From Escherichia coli (GTDB lineage Bacteria; Pseudomonadota; Gammaproteobacteria; Enterobacterales; Enterobacteriaceae): a stretch of 64,000 bases of DNA. Below the pieces are notes generated by a model. It worked only from the letters and a program-made list of their open reading frames with translations, searched no databases and had not been told where the DNA came from. A program made the position numbers and the translations under genes. Of this stretch, positions 59,853-64,000 are shown piece by piece (the first letter of the stretch is position 1; each line of letters begins with the position of its first letter). Where the stretch lies: NCBI RefSeq assembly GCF_030013595.1, contig NZ_CP122768.1. The stretch is one strand, 5' to 3'.

Positions 59853-62077
59853 TATCGTTCTGCCGTGAAAAGTGTTTGAATATCATCGCGTAACAGCTGA
59901 GCGTCGGTGTAAATCCAGCTGTGAGTCATCACAGCCTGCTGCAATTGCTGCTGCATCAGCCTGACCACCGATTCATTTTGTTGACGCAGAGCCAGGCTTT
60001 CGCGTAAACGCGTCTGTAATTCCGTCAAACATGAAGCGAACTCAGCGAAAAAAGTATTCATGCCTGCCGTAACAGATTCATCGACCTGCTCTGCCAGAAC
60101 TTTAGCCATTTGTTGGCAATAAAGATCGACTTCTGCGCTTAATGCTCGTTGCAACACACTGTAATCAACCGTCTCTGTCGGGGATTTCTCATTTCCCCGT
60201 CCCCAGTCGGGCTGATTCAACCAGCGCGAAAAAGTCTCACGCACAACGCCTAAACGCGTGCTCTGCTCGTCCGTTGCTTCCTGGCGCGAAATGACTTCAC
60301 TGAACAGCTGGCGAGTGTTGAAGTGGGGAACTACGCCGTGAAAAACAGGAAAATGAAACCCAGGACGAAACCCTGACTCGCTCAATTCCATTTTGATTTG
60401 TTGCTCAATGGGGCGAATAACATCGGTTAACACCCGGCAAAGGGTGGATTCCAGCTCGGCAAAACGCAGCGTAAAGTCGCGACTGATGGTGTTCTGCGCC
60501 GTCTGTAACAGTGTCTCACAGCGGGTACGAATCTCGCTTAACGGCTCCGAATCATCCTGAAACAAGGCGGCAAACTGCGCATTCAGCGCATCTTGCTGTT
60601 GACGCAGAAAGTGGTTGGCGGAGGTCAGGGCCAGCTCGATTTCATGTTTAATCTCGCCGCTCACCTGCGCCTGATTGAGTTGCAATAGCTGCAAACTTTC
60701 TTCGACCTGATGGATATTTTGCCGCAATTGTTCACAAGCGACGTTTAACCCGTGCGCACGAAAATCCAGGTATTCCCGCGCCTGCTGCGCGTAATTCAAC
60801 AGTTTATGCGCGGCAGATCGCAGAGCATACAACGAGGCGTTAGCGTAAGCGGCATGAAGCAACGCCTGAATTGGCTGGGCGAACAGCGAATCTTCCCACA
60901 ACTGATCGGCAGCATGACGAATATGTTCGAGGTCCGCCAGATCGGCATGACGCCAGCGCCTGCCGAGCGCGGCATGGGCAAAATCTTCCACCCAGCGTTG
61001 TTGCTCTGGCGGTGGTAACTTACCGTTGTTGGCTAACTCATGGCGCGCCCGATTCGCCAGGTAGCCCCACATCGACGACACCGGAAATATCTGCTGTGGC
61101 GTAATACAGCCTTTCATCAGCGTCCCGGAAATCAGTGCCCGCACCTGGTCGGCGTCGTCACTGTTACGATCCTGTTGATCGAACTTATTGACCAGCACAT
61201 ACAGCGGCACCGATTGCCCCACCGCCAAAATCGCCTCACGGACCTCTTCATCGGAGATCGATTTCAGTTGCGTATAATCCAGCACCGCCAGTACCGCCGA
61301 GGCGCGAGCCAGCTGCTGGTTAAGCATTTTTTGCAGATGCGGTTGCCCGGCTTCATTTGGCCCGGGGGTATCCAGTAACGTCAACTGACCGGGATAACTC
61401 TCCAGCCCCGCCAGATGGACAAACTCCACTTCAATCACGGGAATATGCTCAATGGCGGCGTAAGCAGAAAAAGGAAAATCGACGTCCAGCGCCTTCGCCA
61501 GTCGCACCAAATCATTCAAACTTTTCAGACAATGAAAAATAGGCTGGGCACCCAGATAATATTTTTCGAAAGCGACGCCATTTTCGATCCGCTGCATAAG
61601 CGCACGCATATCTTTATCTATTTCCAGCACATCGGTCAGATGCTTAATATCGCAATCACGCAGGCGCTGTTGTAATTTTTGAATTAAACAATCGATTGGC
61701 GCGACATGTGAAAAATGCAGTACCGGTTCCTTTTGCCCGGGCGTATGGCGAATAAGCGTCGGCAGCGCAGTCATTGGGCGATTACGATTAGGCAGAACCT
61801 CCGTACCAACAATGGCATTAATGGTGGTTGATTTCCCTGCTTTCATGGTACCGACAATCGCCAGCACCATTTCCAGTCGGGAAATTTTACGCAACTCATT
61901 ATTCAGCATCGCGTGACGTTCGGCGATATTAGGCTGACTCCAGGGTAAAGCCAGTTGTGGCGCATCGTCTCCGGGGACAGAGAGAGGCATTTTTTCCAGT
62001 AACTGCAACTGTTGGCGAGAAAGCTGTAACAGGCGTTCAGCCTCCTGACTTAACTCATACAGGGTCTGTGTGTACAT
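59849..62077 (-). CDS. crfC: Dynamin-like GTPase CrfC (YjdA)
   Basis: 742-aa ORF with N-terminal GTPase P-loop (GTMKAGKST) and long coiled-coil regions. Confidence 0.88.
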   Translation of the reverse strand: MYTQTLYELSQEAERLLQLSRQQLQLLEKMPLSVPGDDAPQLALPWSQPNIAERHAMLNNELRKISRLEMVLAIVGTMKAGKSTTINAIVGTEVLPNRNRPMTALPTLIRHTPGQKEPVLHFSHVAPIDCLIQKLQQRLRDCDIKHLTDVLEIDKDMRALMQRIENGVAFEKYYLGAQPIFHCLKSLNDLVRLAKALDVDFPFSAYAAIEHIPVIEVEFVHLAGLESYPGQLTLLDTPGPNEAGQPHLQKMLNQQLARASAVLAVLDYTQLKSISDEEVREAILAVGQSVPLYVLVNKFDQQDRNSDDADQVRALISGTLMKGCITPQQIFPVSSMWGYLANRARHELANNGKLPPPEQQRWVEDFAHAALGRRWRHADLADLEHIRHAADQLWEDSLFAQPIQALLHAAYANASLYALRSAAHKLLNYAQQAREYLDFRAHGLNVACEQLRQNIHQVEESLQLLQLNQAQVSGEIKHEIELALTSANHFLRQQQDALNAQFAALFQDDSEPLSEIRTRCETLLQTAQNTISRDFTLRFAELESTLCRVLTDVIRPIEQQIKMELSESGFRPGFHFPVFHGVVPHFNTRQLFSEVISRQEATDEQSTRLGVVRETFSRWLNQPDWGRGNEKSPTETVDYSVLQRALSAEVDLYCQQMAKVLAEQVDESVTAGMNTFFAEFASCLTELQTRLRESLALRQQNESVVRLMQQQLQQAVMTHSWIYTDAQLLRDDIQTLFTAERY

Positions 62078-62478
62078 AGAAAATTCTTCCTTAAAGCAAA
62101 TTTTGTTACTTTTATTTAGCCAGATTGTTTTTGAGTTCTGTTTTCGGCTTTTATAATTACTGCAAGAAATAATTTTATATTTAGAGTGTTGTTTTTTATT
62201 AGAATAAATAACGTCTTCCGATACGTTTAAAACGTCAGAAAGATAAAAATATCATTTGAATTAAAAAAAGAACAAGTAGAGCATTAACCTTATCTTAAAT
62301 AATAAATGGAGGCAAAAAGATTATTTTCTTTTTGCGTTTCCTTTCAAATGAAAACGATCGTCGTCTAAAATCAGCAGTACCCCCGACAAACTCAGGGATT
62401 TTGTGTATAATTGCGGCCTTTTTCGGCAATCTGCCGTTTTTTGGCGCTTTTGCCCTGCTGACTTTTGAGGAAATCCAC

Positions 62479-62814
62479 ATGTCATTACCACACTGCCCAA
62501 AATGCAACTCCGAATACACCTACGAAGATAACGGCATGTACATCTGCCCGGAATGTGCCTACGAATGGAACGACGCAGAACCTGCACAGGAAAGCGACGA
62601 GCTGATCGTTAAAGATGCTAACGGCAATCTGCTGGCTGACGGCGACAGCGTTACCATCATTAAAGATCTGAAGGTGAAAGGTAGCTCTTCGATGCTGAAA
62701 ATTGGCACCAAAGTGAAAAACATCCGCCTGGTTGAAGGCGACCATAACATCGATTGCAAAATCGACGGTTTTGGTCCGATGAAACTGAAATCTGAGTTTG
62801 TGAAAAAGAACTGA
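62479..62814 (+). CDS. phnA: Zinc-ribbon protein PhnA/YjdM
   Basis: 111 aa from [30 protein letters not shown] (two CxxC pairs); ORF track start 62332 is an upstream extension. Confidence 0.9.
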
Positions 62815-62828
62815 TTGTATTGTGATCG

Positions 62829-62908
62829 GTAAGCCGGATAAGGCGCTCGCGCCGCATCCGGCAACGATGCCGACAGCCTGATGCGACGCTGACCGCGTCT
62901 TATCAGGC
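62829..62908. repeat. Two adjacent REP elements
   Basis: gtaagccggataaggcgctcgcgccgcatccggca and gcctgatgcgacgctgaccgcgtcttatcaggc. Confidence 0.8.
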
Positions 62909-62973
62909 TTCCCTCTCATCTGTATAAATTTCGAACTACACTTAACTGGCTTCTCTTAACTGAGGTCACCATC

Positions 62974-63417
62974 ATGCCGTTAAGTCCCTACCTCTCTTTT
63001 GCCGGTAACTGTGCCGACGCAATTGCTTATTATCAACGTACGTTGGGCGCTGAACTGCTCTATAAAATCAGCTTCGGCGAAATGCCAAAATCAGCGCAGG
63101 ACAGCGCCGAGAACTGCCCTTCCGGAATGCAATTTCCCGATACCGCCATCGCCCACGCCAATGTGCGCATTGCCGGAAGCGATATCATGATGAGCGATGC
63201 TATACCGTCAGGAAAAGCCAGCTACTCCGGCTTTACGCTGGTGCTCGATTCGCAACAGGTCGAAGAAGGAAAACGCTGGTTTGACAACCTTGCCGCTAAC
63301 GGAAAAATCGAAATGGCCTGGCAGGAAACTTTCTGGGCGCATGGCTTCGGCAAAGTCACCGATAAATTTGGCGTACCGTGGATGATTAATGTCGTCAAAC
63401 AACAACCAACGCACTAA
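62974..63417 (+). CDS. yjdN: Glyoxalase/VOC-family protein YjdN (PhnB)
   Basis: 147-aa ORF in conserved position between phnA and phnC. Confidence 0.85.
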   Translation: MPLSPYLSFAGNCADAIAYYQRTLGAELLYKISFGEMPKSAQDSAENCPSGMQFPDTAIAHANVRIAGSDIMMSDAIPSGKASYSGFTLVLDSQQVEEGKRWFDNLAANGKIEMAWQETFWAHGFGKVTDKFGVPWMINVVKQQPTH

Positions 63418-63548
63418 CCCGCCGGGAGGGCCGCCCTCCCGCACTGTCATCGAAATCTCGTTAACTCTTCATCCGTTAGTCACTTTTAGTTAACAAAATC
63501 GTCACAATAATCCGCCACGATGGAGCCACTTTTTTAGGGAGGCTGCAT

Positions 63549-64000
63549 CATGCAAACGATTATCCGTGTCGAGAAGCTCGCCAAAACCTTCAATCAGCAT
63601 CAGGCGCTGCACGCGGTTGATCTGAACATTCATCACGGTGAAATGGTGGCTCTGCTTGGGCCGTCGGGTTCCGGCAAATCCACCCTTTTACGTCACTTAA
63701 GCGGTTTGATTACCGGCGATAAATCTGCCGGTAGCCATATCGAGCTGCTGGGTCGCACAGTCCAGCGCGAAGGCCGCCTGGCCCGCGATATCCGCAAAAG
63801 CCGCGCCAACACCGGCTACATCTTCCAACAATTCAACCTGGTGAATCGCCTGAGCGTACTGGAGAACGTGCTGATTGGCGCGCTCGGCAGCACGCCATTC
63901 TGGCGCACCTGTTTTAGCTACTTCACCCGCGAGCAGAAACAGCGCGCGTTACAGGCGCTGACCCGCGTTGGCATGGTGCACTTTGCCCATCAGCGCGTTT
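63549..64000 (+). CDS. phnC: Phosphonate ABC transporter ATP-binding protein, 5' portion (runs off the window)
   Basis: MQTIIRVEKLAKTF... with Walker A GPSGSGKST; no ORF-track entry because the ORF is open at the window edge. Confidence 0.88.

Noticed and set aside
1-64000. CRISPR arrays, prophage structural genes or recognisable defence systems
   Set aside because: No short direct-repeat/spacer arrays, cas-like genes, capsid/terminase-like ORFs or restriction-modification or abortive-infection-like gene pairs were found on either strand.

Overview
This window is a 64-kb Escherichia/Shigella-type chromosomal segment, read in reverse orientation relative to the E. coli K-12 map, that joins an accessory island to conserved core genes. 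Positions 1-26557 are accessory: the end of the ferric-citrate operon (fecE), a degraded two-partner-secretion remnant, an 18-gene translationally coupled cluster with the gene content and order of an aryl-polyene (APE) type II PKS-like lipid pathway (3178-18199), a LacI-family regulator with an ascorbate-family PTS IIA-IIB-IIC operon, an IS3-family remnant, and a 2-deoxyribose-type operon (deoK-deoP-deoX-like) whose 5' end is cut by IS1. Positions 26558-64000 are core: cadC (5'-truncated by IS1), cadBA, dtpC, lysU, ghoST, yjdJ/yjdI, dcuSR, dcuB, fumB, yjdF, melB (split by a second IS1), melA, melR, adiA-adiY-adiC, eptA-basRS with pmrR, proP, yjcZ-crfC, phnA, yjdN and the start of phnC. Most core genes are full length. 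The lesions are concentrated in cadC (IS1 junction with no target duplication), melB (IS1 with a 9-bp duplication plus an apparent 3' frameshift) and ghoT (apparent 1-bp deletion), a pattern resembling Shigella/EIEC-style decay. The most interesting system is the APE-like cluster with its dedicated export module; it belongs to a described BGC family, so I do not claim it as new, and I found no clearly undescribed system. All identifications rest on reading the translations and DNA directly and on recalled family knowledge; no database search was run.
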